Origin: Pyxidicoccus caerfyrddinensis
GTDB lineage: Bacteria; Myxococcota; Myxococcia; Myxococcales; Myxococcaceae
Reading direction: 5' to 3'
DNA: 64,000 nucleotides
Assembly: GCF_010894405.1 (NCBI RefSeq)
Contig: NZ_JAAIYA010000026.1
Span: 111,494 to 175,493, forward strand
Shown here: piece by piece, positions 38,514 to 50,538 of the stretch
Layout: each line of letters starts with the position of its first letter
Numbering within the stretch: position 1 is the first letter of the stretch
The notes under the pieces: model-generated
The model's input: only the letters and a program-made list of their open reading frames with translations
What the model was told of the DNA's origin: nothing
The model's database searches: none
Position numbers and translations under genes: made by a program

Positions 38514-39770
38514 ATGCGCAACCCATTCTTCCTGGCCCTGGCGGCGCTGCTCGCGAGTGCGACCGTGTCCGCACAGCCCGTTTCCGTGTCCGTGGCGCCT
38601 GTCCGGGAGACGCAGCCGGACCCGGGCACCGTCGCCGGGGCGCTGCGCGACGTCGCGCTCTGGGTGAACCCGGCCGACGGTGGGGCCAGCCTCCTCATCA
38701 GCGCCTATGACAACGTCAACGCGGGCCTGGTCACCTTCGGGGTGGACGGGACGCAGGTCGAGGCGGAGCTGCCGGATGGGCCGGCCCTCGGCGTGGCATT
38801 GCACGACGACTTCCCCCTGGGAGGGGGCTCCCGGACGCTGGTGGTGACGGCGAACCCCAACTTCAACGGGCTGGGGGCGTACCGGCTGGACCCGACGGGC
38901 GCGGACCGGGTCGTGCGCATCGGCAACGCGGGCTTCCTCACCGGTACGCAGTACGCCACGGTGGCGCTCTACCGCAGCCCCACCTCGGGCCGCTTCTTCG
39001 TCTTCGCGGGCACCCAGGGCGGCAGGCTCGAGCAGTTCGAGCTGACGGGCACGGACGGCGGCCTGACGGCCACCCCCGCGCGCGTGCTCGCCACGGCGGG
39101 AGGCGGCATCGCGGGCGTGGTGGCGGACGAGGAGTCCGGCCGGCTGTTCGTCACCGAGGAGGGGCAGGGCCTGTGGCGCTACTCCGCCGAGACGGATGGA
39201 GGCCAGACGCGCACGCAGATTGCCTCGGTGGGAAACACGCTCAGCACCGACGTGGGCCGGGTGAGCCTGTACCGGGCGCGCAATGGCGAGGGCTACATCC
39301 TCGTCGCGGACACGGCGTCGGGCGCGTTCGCCGTGTTCGAGCGCCGCTCCGAGGCCCTGGTGGGCAAGTTCCTGGTGGTGGCGGACGGCGGCGTCGACGC
39401 GGTGGATGACCCGGTCGCCCTGGCGGTGTCGTCACGTCCGGTGGGGCCGGACTTCGCGGATGGGCTCTTCGTCGCGCACGACGGCGTCAACGGTCCGGAC
39501 AACCTGAAGCTGGTGCGCTGGTCGGCGGTGGCGAACGCCTTCAGCCCGCCGCTGCGCGTCGACACGCTGCAGGCCACCGATGGCGGGACGGATGCGGGGA
39601 CGGGTGGAAACGATGCCGGTCCCGACGTCCAGCCCCAGCCGCTGCCGGTGCCCGGCGGTGGCGAGGACGAGGACGACAGCGGCTGCTCGTGCGCCACGGC
39701 CTCGGTGCCCGCCTCGGCGCTGCTCGGGCTGCTTGCCCTGGCGCTGGCCGGACGGCGGCGCCGGAGCTGA
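38514..39770 (+). CDS. Beta-propeller phytase (3-phytase) with MYXO-CTERM sorting tail
   Basis: Signal peptide MRNPFFLALAALLASATVSAQP. Strong blockwise similarity to Bacillus PhyC (LWRYSAETDGG, GYILVADTASGAFAVFER, GLFVAHDGVNGPDNLKLVRW). C-terminus DDSGCSCATASVPASALLGLLALALAGRRRRS is a Cys-rich motif, hydrophobic helix, then Arg cluster, as in MYXO-CTERM. An alternative upstream ATG lies at 38496. Confidence 0.85.
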   Translation: MRNPFFLALAALLASATVSAQPVSVSVAPVRETQPDPGTVAGALRDVALWVNPADGGASLLISAYDNVNAGLVTFGVDGTQVEAELPDGPALGVALHDDFPLGGGSRTLVVTANPNFNGLGAYRLDPTGADRVVRIGNAGFLTGTQYATVALYRSPTSGRFFVFAGTQGGRLEQFELTGTDGGLTATPARVLATAGGGIAGVVADEESGRLFVTEEGQGLWRYSAETDGGQTRTQIASVGNTLSTDVGRVSLYRARNGEGYILVADTASGAFAVFERRSEALVGKFLVVADGGVDAVDDPVALAVSSRPVGPDFADGLFVAHDGVNGPDNLKLVRWSAVANAFSPPLRVDTLQATDGGTDAGTGGNDAGPDVQPQPLPVPGGGEDEDDSGCSCATASVPASALLGLLALALAGRRRRS

Positions 39771-39816
39771 AAGCGCGTTGCCAGGGGGCGCGTGCCGCGC
39801 TGAAGTGCGCGGCTCC

Positions 39817-41628
39817 ATGCGTTCCCCGCGCCCCGTCCTCGTCGCGCTGGCGGCTGTCATCGCCGCCTGCGCCAGCACCCCTCCCACGTCCACGCCTGAC
39901 GGCGTCGGCTCCACCGCGAGCGCCGCGTCGGCGCAGCCCGTGCGCCTCACGCTGGTGGGGCTCAATGACCTCCATGGCCACGTGGAGCCCGGCCGCACCG
40001 TCCTGAAGGACGGGCAGGTGGTGGAGGAGGGTGGGGCGGCCACGCTCGCGGCCTACGTGGCACGGCTGCGCGCGGACAACCCGGGCGGGGTGCTGCTGGT
40101 GGATGGCGGGGACCTCTTCCAGGGCACGCTGCCCTCCAACCTCACGGAGGGCGCCATCGTCGTCGACGTGTACAACCACCTGGGTGTCACGGCGGCGGCC
40201 ATCGGCAACCACGAGTTCGACTACGGCCCCGTGGGGCCGGGCACCATGGCGAAGGGCCCGGGCGAGGACTCGCTGGGCGCGCTCAAGGCCCGCGTCGCCC
40301 AGGCGCGCTTCCCCCTGCTGTCCGCCAACCTGCGCGAGGCGGCCACCGGCCAGCGCCCGGCGTGGATGGGCAATGACGGCACGGCGCTCGTCACGGTGAA
40401 GGGCGTGAAGGTGGGGCTCCTGGGGCTCACCACCGAGTCCACGCCGGAGGCCACCAACCCCGTCAACGTGGCGTCGCTGCGCTTCCTGCCGCTGGCGCCC
40501 GCCGCCCTGGAAGCGGCCCGCTCCCTGCGCGCGCGCGGCGCCGAGGTGGTCATCGTCGTGGCGCACGCGGGCGGCAAGTGCCCGGACGTGACGAATCCGC
40601 GCGACACGTCCCGCTGTGACAGGGGCGACTCGGAGATTCTCGACATGCTGGATGGGCTGCCGCCGGGCATGGTGGACGCGGTGGTGGCCGGGCACACGCA
40701 CCAGGCCCTGGGCGTCTTCTACGGCGGCGTGCCCGTCATCGAGACGTCGGGCATGGCGCGCTCGCTGGGCGTGGTGGAGCTGTACGTGGACCCGGCGGGC
40801 CGCCGCGTGCTGCCGGAGCGCACCCGCCTCCAGGCGTCGATTCCCCTCTGCGCGAAGGTGGACACGGCCAGCGGCACGTGTGACGGGCGCAAGCTGAAGG
40901 AGCAGGCGGAGGTGAAGCTGGTGCAGGCCACCTTCCTCGGCGCGCCGGTGGTGCCCGACGCCCAGGTGGAGCAGCTGCTGGCGCCGGCATTGAAGACGGC
41001 GCGGGAGACGCAGCTGCACCCGCTCGGCATCTCCGCCGCCGCGCCCCTGACGCGTGGCTACGCCCAGGAGAGCGCGCTGGGCAACCTCCTCGCGGACGCC
41101 CTGCGCGACGCGGCCCGCGCGGACGTGGCGGTGATGAACCCCGGCGGCCTCCGCGCGGACCTCTCAGCGGGCCCGCTCACCTTCGGCCAGCTGTACGAGG
41201 TGCTGCCCTTCGACAACACCGTGGCCGTGCTCCAGCTCAGCGGCGCGGAGCTGCGGCGCCTGCTGGAGCTGGCCCATGCCACGGACCGGGGCGCCGTCTT
41301 CCCCGTCTCCGGGCTGGAGCTGACGCTGGCGAACTGCCCGGGGCCCCAGCGGCTGCAGCGCGCGACGCTGGCGGGAGGCGGGGCGCTGGAGCCGGGGAAG
41401 ACGTACCGGGTGGCCCTGCCGGACTTCCTCGCCCGTGGCGGAGACGGGCTGGCGCCCCTCATCCGGACGCTGCCCCCCGAACGCGTGGACCTCACGCCGG
41501 TGCGCGGCATGGACCTGCGCGACACCGTCATCGCCTACGGGAAGGCGCGGGGGGGAGTCCTCCCCGTGCCCCCGGTGGGTCGCGTGCGCTACACCGGTGT
41601 CGCGGCCTGTCCCGGCGCGGTGCGCTGA
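39817..41628 (+). CDS. 5'-nucleotidase / UDP-sugar hydrolase family metallophosphoesterase lipoprotein
   Basis: Lipobox AVIAACAS. Metallophosphatase motifs GLNDLHGH, DGGDLFQGT, GNHEFDYG and VVAHAG. C-terminal 5'-nucleotidase substrate-binding domain (LPFDNTV). Start at the internal ATG 39817 of the track ORF. Confidence 0.8.
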   Translation: MRSPRPVLVALAAVIAACASTPPTSTPDGVGSTASAASAQPVRLTLVGLNDLHGHVEPGRTVLKDGQVVEEGGAATLAAYVARLRADNPGGVLLVDGGDLFQGTLPSNLTEGAIVVDVYNHLGVTAAAIGNHEFDYGPVGPGTMAKGPGEDSLGALKARVAQARFPLLSANLREAATGQRPAWMGNDGTALVTVKGVKVGLLGLTTESTPEATNPVNVASLRFLPLAPAALEAARSLRARGAEVVIVVAHAGGKCPDVTNPRDTSRCDRGDSEILDMLDGLPPGMVDAVVAGHTHQALGVFYGGVPVIETSGMARSLGVVELYVDPAGRRVLPERTRLQASIPLCAKVDTASGTCDGRKLKEQAEVKLVQATFLGAPVVPDAQVEQLLAPALKTARETQLHPLGISAAAPLTRGYAQESALGNLLADALRDAARADVAVMNPGGLRADLSAGPLTFGQLYEVLPFDNTVAVLQLSGAELRRLLELAHATDRGAVFPVSGLELTLANCPGPQRLQRATLAGGGALEPGKTYRVALPDFLARGGDGLAPLIRTLPPERVDLTPVRGMDLRDTVIAYGKARGGVLPVPPVGRVRYTGVAACPGAVR

Positions 41629-41855
41629 GGGAGCCCGGGCCGAAAATTCAGTCCCTGTGTGATCCGCTGGGACTGAACGAGGAGAGCCAACCCGGCGTAA
41701 GATCAGCGGAAACGCGCCAGGGCCCGATTTTTCGGCCTTGGATCAGTTTTCAACGGGAGGAAGAGTCCCTAGTCTAGGGCCTGCGAGCGACTGAACCGAG
41801 GTGGCCCTTTGCCTGGGCCTGCGAGTGCTGGCGCGCGTGAGTGGGAGGGACTGAC

Positions 41856-42239
41856 ATGCTCTACAAAGTGACCCCGATGATGGCGCCGCCTGCGCCTGAC
41901 AAGGCCAAGCAGCGTGAACCGGGGCAGGGCCAGCCGCGCAAGCGGCGCAAGTCCGCCGTCTACGACGCGGACGGCCACGAGGTGCTCATCTCGCTGATGT
42001 GCATCAAGTGCCGGACCCTGAAGCCGCTGGCCCAGTTCGGCCTGCGGAAGATGGCGGATGGCGCCATCCGTAACCAGCCCTGGTGCCGCACCTGCCGCTC
42101 GGGCGCGGGCTCCAAGAAGGCGAAGGCCGGCAAGGAGGCCGACGCGAAGGCCCCCGAGGCCGCCGCGCCCGTGCTCCAGGTCGTCGCCAAGGCGAATGAC
42201 GCCGAGACGGCCGCTGCGCCCGCCGCGGCGCAGGGCTGA
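41856..42239 (+). CDS. Small zinc-ribbon protein with Lys/Ala-rich C-terminal tail
   Basis: CIKC-x19-CRTC Cys4 pattern. GGGAGG Shine-Dalgarno sits 8 nt upstream of ATG 41856. C-terminus AGSKKAKAGKEADAKAPEAAAP is histone-tail-like. Confidence 0.45.
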   Translation: MLYKVTPMMAPPAPDKAKQREPGQGQPRKRRKSAVYDADGHEVLISLMCIKCRTLKPLAQFGLRKMADGAIRNQPWCRTCRSGAGSKKAKAGKEADAKAPEAAAPVLQVVAKANDAETAAAPAAAQG

Positions 42240-42352
42240 GCTGATCCACCGCTGAGCCACGCTCCCGAGGGGCGGCCCTCCCGGCCGACCTGACGGGAGG
42301 GATCTGACCGGGATGATCGCGACCTCGCCGGTTGCGACGCCCGGAAGACGCC

Positions 42353-45130
42353 TCAGGACAGCCGGAGTCCGGCGGGCAGCGTGTCGCCGAGCGCCCGGGC
42401 TTCGTCCGCCGCGTCCAGCGCCACCACCTCGCGCACCATGCGCAGCCAGGCCTCGGCCGCCTTCGCCGCGACGAGCTCCCGGGCGGTGCGCTCGCGCAGG
42501 GCGGGGTCCAAATCCCGCGTGCGGTCCCCGGTGAGCCGGGCCAGCTGCGCCGCCGCGAAGGGGGCGCCGTCAATCTTCTTCAGGTCCATGTCGAGCAGCA
42601 GCGTGAGCCACGCCTCCGCCGTCTCCACGTCCACCACCTTGTGGCTGCTGCCGTAGAGCGGCACGCGCGCGCCCAGCCGGCCCAGGGCCCAGGCCCAGGG
42701 GCCGCCGGACTTCGCCTCGGCCTTCAGTCGCGCGGCAATCCACCTGCCCACCTCGGACTTGTCCCCGGGCGACAGGTGCTCCAGCGAGGCCACGGTGCGG
42801 ACCATCTCCTCCAGCCCCTCCGGCTGGATGCCCTTGAGCTTCCCCGCGGGCGGCGCGTCCGGCGGCACCTTCCGCGCCAGGTGCGGCTGGAGGTACGCGT
42901 ACAGCTTCTGCTGCTGGGCCTCGGTGAGGCCGCCGGCGATGCGGCGCCACATCACCCAGAACTCCGTCCACACCGCCTTGTCCGAGTGGTGCTGCACCAG
43001 CGCGTCGAAGAGGCTGAAGGTCTGCTCCGAGCGCCAGCCGTCCAGCGGGTAGCCGAAGCCCGGACGCAGCGAGAAGCCGGTGAGGCTGTAGAAGACGCGC
43101 TCGTGGTCCTCCGTGCGCCGCCGCTTGCTGGCGCCCGCGTACAGGGTGCTCCACATCTCGCGCAGCACCGGCACGCGCCACGTCTCGCGCGGGCCCAGCG
43201 CCTTCTCCAGCGTGCGCCCCAGCTGCTTCACGTCCTTGGGGCCGATGGGCAGCGGCTTGTTGCCGTAGACGCGCTCGATGTTGTCCTTCGCCTCGACGAA
43301 GCGCGCGGGCATGGACTCGGTGACGGTCAGCTCGTGCGAGCCGCCGGTGCCGCGCAGCTCGAACTCCAGCCGCCAGCGCTCGTCCGCCACGTTGGAGACG
43401 CAGTACAGCTCCAGCGTGCCAATCTCCGTCAGCGCGGCCTGCAGGTGCACGGGGACTTCCGCCACCTTGCCGGTGGCGCCCTTGAGCAGCGTGTGGATGG
43501 GCGGCAGGGGCTTCAAGTCCTCCGCCAGCGGGACGAGGTCTCCCGGCTTGTCGATGCGGTCGCTCGTCGTGGAGTAGAGCTGGAACTGCACCGGCCGCCC
43601 GAGGGTGAGCGTGAAGGGGCGCTCGCCCAGGTCCACCTTCTGGCCCTCCTCGAAGCCGCGGGGGATGAGGCACAGCGCCGGCTGCTCCGCGCTGTCCGCC
43701 GGCCGCTGCAGGCCCACGTAATACGCGCGCGCCGCGCCACCACCGATGCGCAGGCCATGCCCGCGCCGCACCAGACCGTAGTACGCCGCGCCGCGCGCCA
43801 CCGCCAGCTCCAGCGAGGTGTGGCGCAGCAGGGGAATGCGCGGCGCGCCGGGCCACCACGCGGAGAGCGCCTGCACGAGCCGCTCGGAAATCTGGGGTGA
43901 GTTGAAGACGCCGCCGTTGAGGAGGATGGCGTCGGGGCGGGGCAGGGCGCCCTCGGCCGGAGCTGCCTCGCCCAGCGCCGCGAAGCCCGCCGCCGCGTGC
44001 TGCGCGAGGAAGGCCGCCAGGTGCCGCGTCACCGCCGGGTCCTGCACGTACGGCAGGCCCAGCTCCTGGAGCGCCATGCGCGCGGCGCGGCGCGGGCGCT
44101 CGGTGGGGGCAGAGGCCGGGAAGAAGCCGTCCAGCACCAGGGCGTGCGCCTCGTCGCGCAGCAGCTCCGTGGACAGCGTGCCGCCCAAGAGCCGGCTGCC
44201 CCCGCCCACCAGCGAGACGCCGTACTTCTCCGGAGGCTCATTGCCCAGCAGCGCCTCCTTCGCGGTGCGCGCGGCCTGGATGGCGTGCGTCCACTGCGTG
44301 GCGGACAGGCGCCGGCCGTCGGTGAAGAGCTTCTCCTCCACGCGGCGGGCCAGGGCGGCGTCCATGTTGTCGCCGCCCAGCATCAGGTGGTCGCCCACCG
44401 CGAGGCGCCGCAACATGGGCCCTTCCGGCGAGACGCCCGCGTGCACCAGCGTGAAGTCCGTGGTGCCGCCGCCCACGTCCACCACCAGCACCAGCCGCAC
44501 GTTGGAGAGCGTCTGCTCCAGGTCCGTCCGGTGGCGCGCGGTGTAGTCGTAGAAGGCCGCCTGTGGCTCCTCCAGCAGGGTGAACTTCTCCAGCCCCGCC
44601 TTGCGCGCGGCGCTCACCGTGAGGGCACGCGCGGCCTCGTCGAAGGAGGCGGGAACGGTAATCACCACCTCCTGCTTGGACAGCGGCGCGTCCGGGTGGG
44701 CGAAGTCCCAGGCGCGCGCCATGTGCGTCAGCAGGAGGGCGCTGGCGTCCACCGGCGAGAGCTTCTGCACGTCCGCCGGAGCGCCCCACGGGAGGATGGG
44801 CGCGGAGCGGTCCACGCCCGGGTGACACAGCCAGCTCTTGGCGCTGGAGACGAGGCGGCCCGGCACGCGGGCGCCCTGCCAGCGCGCCAGCTCGCCCACC
44901 ACCCACGGGCCGCCGTCATCGCCCCAGGGCAGCTTCAGCGACTCGGCGGCCAGCTCCTGGCCTGCGGGCACGTACACGGTGGAGGGCAGCAGCGCGCGGG
45001 GGGCTACCTCTCCCTGCCGGACGAGCTGGGGAATCGGGAAGTCCTCCACGGGGGCGCCCGCGCCCTTCGAGGGGTCCACGGACGCCACCGCGCAGTGGGT
45101 GGTTCCCAGGTCGATTCCGACGATTCGCAT
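42353..45130 (-). CDS. Hsp70-like ATPase (925 aa) with a non-canonical ~500-aa C-terminal region
   Basis: Actin-fold/Hsp70 phosphate and adenosine motifs IVGIDLGTTHCAVA, VITVPASFDEAAR, VLVVDVGGGTTDFTLV, MLGGDNMD. The C-terminal half lacks the DnaK substrate-binding beta-sandwich and lid sequence. GGAGG Shine-Dalgarno is present. Paralogous to the upstream gene. Confidence 0.85.
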   Translation of the reverse strand: MRIVGIDLGTTHCAVASVDPSKGAGAPVEDFPIPQLVRQGEVAPRALLPSTVYVPAGQELAAESLKLPWGDDGGPWVVGELARWQGARVPGRLVSSAKSWLCHPGVDRSAPILPWGAPADVQKLSPVDASALLLTHMARAWDFAHPDAPLSKQEVVITVPASFDEAARALTVSAARKAGLEKFTLLEEPQAAFYDYTARHRTDLEQTLSNVRLVLVVDVGGGTTDFTLVHAGVSPEGPMLRRLAVGDHLMLGGDNMDAALARRVEEKLFTDGRRLSATQWTHAIQAARTAKEALLGNEPPEKYGVSLVGGGSRLLGGTLSTELLRDEAHALVLDGFFPASAPTERPRRAARMALQELGLPYVQDPAVTRHLAAFLAQHAAAGFAALGEAAPAEGALPRPDAILLNGGVFNSPQISERLVQALSAWWPGAPRIPLLRHTSLELAVARGAAYYGLVRRGHGLRIGGGAARAYYVGLQRPADSAEQPALCLIPRGFEEGQKVDLGERPFTLTLGRPVQFQLYSTTSDRIDKPGDLVPLAEDLKPLPPIHTLLKGATGKVAEVPVHLQAALTEIGTLELYCVSNVADERWRLEFELRGTGGSHELTVTESMPARFVEAKDNIERVYGNKPLPIGPKDVKQLGRTLEKALGPRETWRVPVLREMWSTLYAGASKRRRTEDHERVFYSLTGFSLRPGFGYPLDGWRSEQTFSLFDALVQHHSDKAVWTEFWVMWRRIAGGLTEAQQQKLYAYLQPHLARKVPPDAPPAGKLKGIQPEGLEEMVRTVASLEHLSPGDKSEVGRWIAARLKAEAKSGGPWAWALGRLGARVPLYGSSHKVVDVETAEAWLTLLLDMDLKKIDGAPFAAAQLARLTGDRTRDLDPALRERTARELVAAKAAEAWLRMVREVVALDAADEARALGDTLPAGLRLS

Positions 45131-45155
45131 ACACCTCCGGTTGACGGACGGCTTT

Positions 45156-47018
<1,863 letters not shown>

Positions 47019-47035
47019 ATCGGACGGGAACTCCT

Positions 47036-47671
47036 TCAGGCGAGCTCGACTTCCGCGGGCGCCAGCACTCGCGGGTCCATGGCCGGGCTCACGGCGGGGA
47101 ACTTCACTTCCGTCGTCACCCAGCCGTGATGGCGCAGCGTCCCGTTGTAGGGAGGCTGGCCGGCCACGTTGCCGGTGAGGCGGATGCGCTGGGCGTCGAA
47201 GCCGGCGGGCACCGGGACGCCGTCCCCCTCCGACTGCGGCAGCACCGGCTGGAGGGTGAGGTATTGGTTCACTACCTTGCGGCAGCCCTCGTGGACGATG
47301 CGGGCCGCGGCCCCCACCTCGGCGTCCGAGAAGGCGGCCACGTTCTCCTGGAGGAAGTCCACGAAGCGGCCCTCGCGCTGGAGCATGCCCAGCACGGACA
47401 GGGCGCTGGCGTGCTCACGCTCGGGCGGCAGGGCGGGGGGCGGCTCGGGGGGCTTCACCACCGCCACCGCTACAGGCTTCGGCTGCTCCCTGGGCAGGGC
47501 GGCGGGCGCGGGGCCACCGGCCGGGAGCTGTGCGAGCTGGCCTGCGTCGTAGGCCCGGCTGGCTGGCAGCACCGCCTGGGCGAACTCGCGGGACACGAGG
47601 CAGCGCCAGAAGCACAGCCAGGCGAGCCAGAAGCGTGCGAAGAACGACAGGGAGGCGGACGGGTCGGTCAT
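47036..47671 (-). CDS. Small membrane protein; family unassigned
   Basis: Track ORF 47036..47857 trimmed to the internal ATG (MTDPSASLSFFARFWLAWLCFWRCLV has an N-terminal TM helix). The upstream track extension overlaps the tRNA and begins with TTG. Architecture is TM helix, then Pro/Ala-rich linker (PPEPPPALPPE), then a C-terminal domain. Confidence 0.55.
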   Translation of the reverse strand: MTDPSASLSFFARFWLAWLCFWRCLVSREFAQAVLPASRAYDAGQLAQLPAGGPAPAALPREQPKPVAVAVVKPPEPPPALPPEREHASALSVLGMLQREGRFVDFLQENVAAFSDAEVGAAARIVHEGCRKVVNQYLTLQPVLPQSEGDGVPVPAGFDAQRIRLTGNVAGQPPYNGTLRHHGWVTTEVKFPAVSPAMDPRVLAPAEVELA

Positions 47672-47777
47672 CGACTCCGGATAACAAAGCCCGCCTGCTT
47701 TGCAATTCAGCAAATGGAGGGAAGTGCCCCAAATGCAAAGGGCCTCACGGTTTCCCGTGAGGCCCTTCGGTTCTTCA

Positions 47778-47853
<76 letters not shown>

Positions 47854-48057
47854 ACAACCGGACTGCTGACTGCTCGCCTGCTGCGCCCCGGCGGCGTTGG
47901 GGCCGACGAAGTGGAACGGGCTAGTACCGGACCCCTTTCATGCTGTCAAGCGCAAGGCGCAGCCAATAATTCCTGCGATTGACGTGCCGCGCAGCGGATG
48001 CCATAAAAACCCCTCGTTTCAGGCGTAACCTTCCCGCCCGCTTCAACGCCCCCGGTA

Positions 48058-50445
48058 ATGTCTATCTCCCCCTCTAAGACGTTGAGCCCGGCAGAGCTCG
48101 CGAAGCTGGAGCACGCCTTCGCTTCCGACCCCTCGTCCGCCGCCTACAAACCCCTCGCCGAGGCGTACCTGAGCATGGGTCGCTTCATGGAGGCGATGGT
48201 CGTCTGCAAGAAGGGGGTGAAGGCGCATCCGAACGCCTCCGACCCGCGCCTGCTGCTCGCCCGCGTCTACGCGGAGCAGGGCAAGGACAAGAAGGCGTTG
48301 GAAGAGGCGCTCGGCGCCCTCACCGTGCAGCCCGAGGACAAGGCCGCGCTGCGGATGGCCGGCACCCTCCAGTTGAAGACGGGCGAGACGGAGCCCGGCA
48401 AGGCCAACCTCCTCAAGGCGTACGGCGCGGACCCGGGTGACCCGGAGACCGTGACGCTCCTGCAGCAGTACAAGATCGACCTGCCCCGGCCCGCGGCGCC
48501 CGCGCCCGTGGCCGCGCCCCCGGTGCTCACGCCGGCCGCGCCGCCGCCTCCGTCCGCCACCCAGCAGTCCGCCGCCGCCCTCGCGAGCGTCGCGGCGACG
48601 GGGGCCTCGCAGGCTTCGCCCTCCGCCACGGCCCGGGCCACTTCGGGCGCCCCGCAGCAGCGCTCCTCGGGCGGTGCCAACGCGGCCCGCGCGGAGGCCC
48701 CGGCGGTCCGTTCGGCGCCGCAGCCGCGCCGCGCGCCCGTGGTGGTGGAAGAGGTGGACGAGGACGAGGACGACGAGCCCTCGACGTCGCGCCGCCGCCC
48801 GGCCTCGGGTGGCCGCGGCGGCAAGATGGTGACGCTGGCGCTGCTGGTGGCCATCCCGCTGTTCGCCATCGGCTACGGCTGGTACTCGTCGCACGCGAAG
48901 GCGCGCGCCCGCGAGCTGAAGAAGACGCTGGACGTGGCCACCGAGCTGCTCAAGCGCGACTCGTTCGACAGCTACAAGAAGGCGTGTGAGGCGGCGGACA
49001 AGGCGCTGGAGGTGGACTCCGACTCCACCGTGGCGCACGGCTACCTGGCCTACGCGTACGCCATCCGCTGGGGTGAGCACGGCGGCGGCGACGATGCGCG
49101 CCGCAAGGCCGAGGAGCACCTGGCCGCGGGCAAGGCGGGCAAGGACGTCAGCTCGCACCTCATCGCCGCCGAGGCCCTCATCCAGACGTACGGGGGCAAG
49201 GGCAAGGAAGCGCTGGGCAAGCTCGAGGAGACGGTGAAGGGGCTGGACGCCCAGGGCCGCTCCAGCTCGCTGCTCTACCTGACGCAGGGCCTCATCCAGA
49301 TGAACGCCGGCGATCTGGAGCGCGGGCGGGACAGCCTGGAGCGCGCGCAGGTGCTGGCGCCGGACGACCCGCGCATCTACGCGGGGCTGGGCGCCGTGTA
49401 CCGCCGCCTGGGCCAGGACAACACCGCCTGGAAGAACTACGACTTCGCGCTCCGCTACGAGAAGGACCACCCGGAGTCGCTGCTGGGTCGCGCGCTGCTG
49501 ATGCTGGAGCAGGACTCGCCCAACTACGGGCTGGCCCACACCATGCTGAAGAAGCTGCTGGAGACCGACCCGCCGCCGTCGCCGCGCCAGCTGGCCGCCG
49601 CGCACCTGGCCCGCTCGCTGCTCATCAGCCGCGTGTCGGCGGAGATGGCGGAGCTGAAGCCGGACGTGCAGCAGAAGCTGTCCGAGGCCACCGGCGTGCC
49701 GCTGGACAAGGACAAGGCGCGCGCGGAGATGCTCAAGAGCGAGGAGACCGGCTTCGCGCTCGACAAGCAGAACCCGGAGCTGCACCTCATCAAGGGCCGC
49801 CGGCTGCTGGCGGAGAACAACTTCGACGCGGCCGCCGAGGAGATTCGCAAGGCCATCCGCGTGGACGGCACGCGCGCCCAGTTCCACGTCGAGCTGGCCA
49901 AGGCCCTCATGGGCAAGCAGGGCGGCGAGAAGGAAGCCGCCGAGGCGCTCGTGACGGCCCTCAAGACGATGGGCGACAGCCCCAAGCTCGTCGTCATGCT
50001 GGGCAACGCGTACCGCCGCCAGGGCAAGCTGGACGAGGCCCTCACCCAGTACCAGCGCGCGGTGAAGGACCCGAAGGCGAAGAACCCCGAGGCGCGGCTG
50101 GCCATGGGCGCCATCTACCGCGAGCGCTCGGACTGGGCGAAGGCGCAGGAGCAGCTGGAGAAGGCGAGCCAGGAGTTCGTCGGCCAGGCCGACCGCGCGG
50201 CCATGGCCCTCACCGAGCTGGCGCGCGTCTACCAGGGCAAGGGTGACGCGGCGAAGGCAGACGAGACGTACCAGCGCGCCCTCAACGCCGACGAGAGCTA
50301 CGGCCCGGCCTACTACTTCTACGCCACCCTGCTGTCGAAGGACGCCAAGCAGGGCCCCAAGGCGAAGATGCTGGCCCAGGAGTACCTGAAGCGCGAGCCG
50401 AGCGGCGAGCACGCCAACGCCGCCCGCGCGCTGTCCGGGAGCTGA
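48058..50445 (+). CDS. Bitopic TPR-repeat protein (cytoplasmic TPR N-domain, Pro/Ala-rich linker, one TM helix, periplasmic TPR C-domain)
   Basis: Repeated TPR-like AxxYxxxGxxxEA units throughout. Central TM MVTLALLVAIPLFAIGYGWY preceded by an acidic and basic patch (EEVDEDEDDEPSTSRRRP). Confidence 0.8.
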   Translation: MSISPSKTLSPAELAKLEHAFASDPSSAAYKPLAEAYLSMGRFMEAMVVCKKGVKAHPNASDPRLLLARVYAEQGKDKKALEEALGALTVQPEDKAALRMAGTLQLKTGETEPGKANLLKAYGADPGDPETVTLLQQYKIDLPRPAAPAPVAAPPVLTPAAPPPPSATQQSAAALASVAATGASQASPSATARATSGAPQQRSSGGANAARAEAPAVRSAPQPRRAPVVVEEVDEDEDDEPSTSRRRPASGGRGGKMVTLALLVAIPLFAIGYGWYSSHAKARARELKKTLDVATELLKRDSFDSYKKACEAADKALEVDSDSTVAHGYLAYAYAIRWGEHGGGDDARRKAEEHLAAGKAGKDVSSHLIAAEALIQTYGGKGKEALGKLEETVKGLDAQGRSSSLLYLTQGLIQMNAGDLERGRDSLERAQVLAPDDPRIYAGLGAVYRRLGQDNTAWKNYDFALRYEKDHPESLLGRALLMLEQDSPNYGLAHTMLKKLLETDPPPSPRQLAAAHLARSLLISRVSAEMAELKPDVQQKLSEATGVPLDKDKARAEMLKSEETGFALDKQNPELHLIKGRRLLAENNFDAAAEEIRKAIRVDGTRAQFHVELAKALMGKQGGEKEAAEALVTALKTMGDSPKLVVMLGNAYRRQGKLDEALTQYQRAVKDPKAKNPEARLAMGAIYRERSDWAKAQEQLEKASQEFVGQADRAAMALTELARVYQGKGDAAKADETYQRALNADESYGPAYYFYATLLSKDAKQGPKAKMLAQEYLKREPSGEHANAARALSGS

Positions 50446-50484
50446 GACGACACGGCGCTCCCTTCGGGGCCCGGGCAGCAACAA

Positions 50485-50538
50485 GCGGGGCTGATGCGCG
50501 CGGGCAGCACGACGCGCGGTCAGCCCCGTTGCTTTGTT
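50485..50538 (+). terminator. Candidate intrinsic terminator after the TPR gene
   Basis: GCGGGGCTGA...(25-nt GC-rich loop with an inner palindrome)...TCAGCCCCG followed by TTGCTTTGTT, about 40 nt after the stop. Confidence 0.4.

Noticed and set aside
42240-42352. Possible intrinsic terminator after the zinc-ribbon gene (CCGAGGGGCGGCCCTCCCGG)
   Set aside because: Imperfect palindrome with no U-tract; not convincing.
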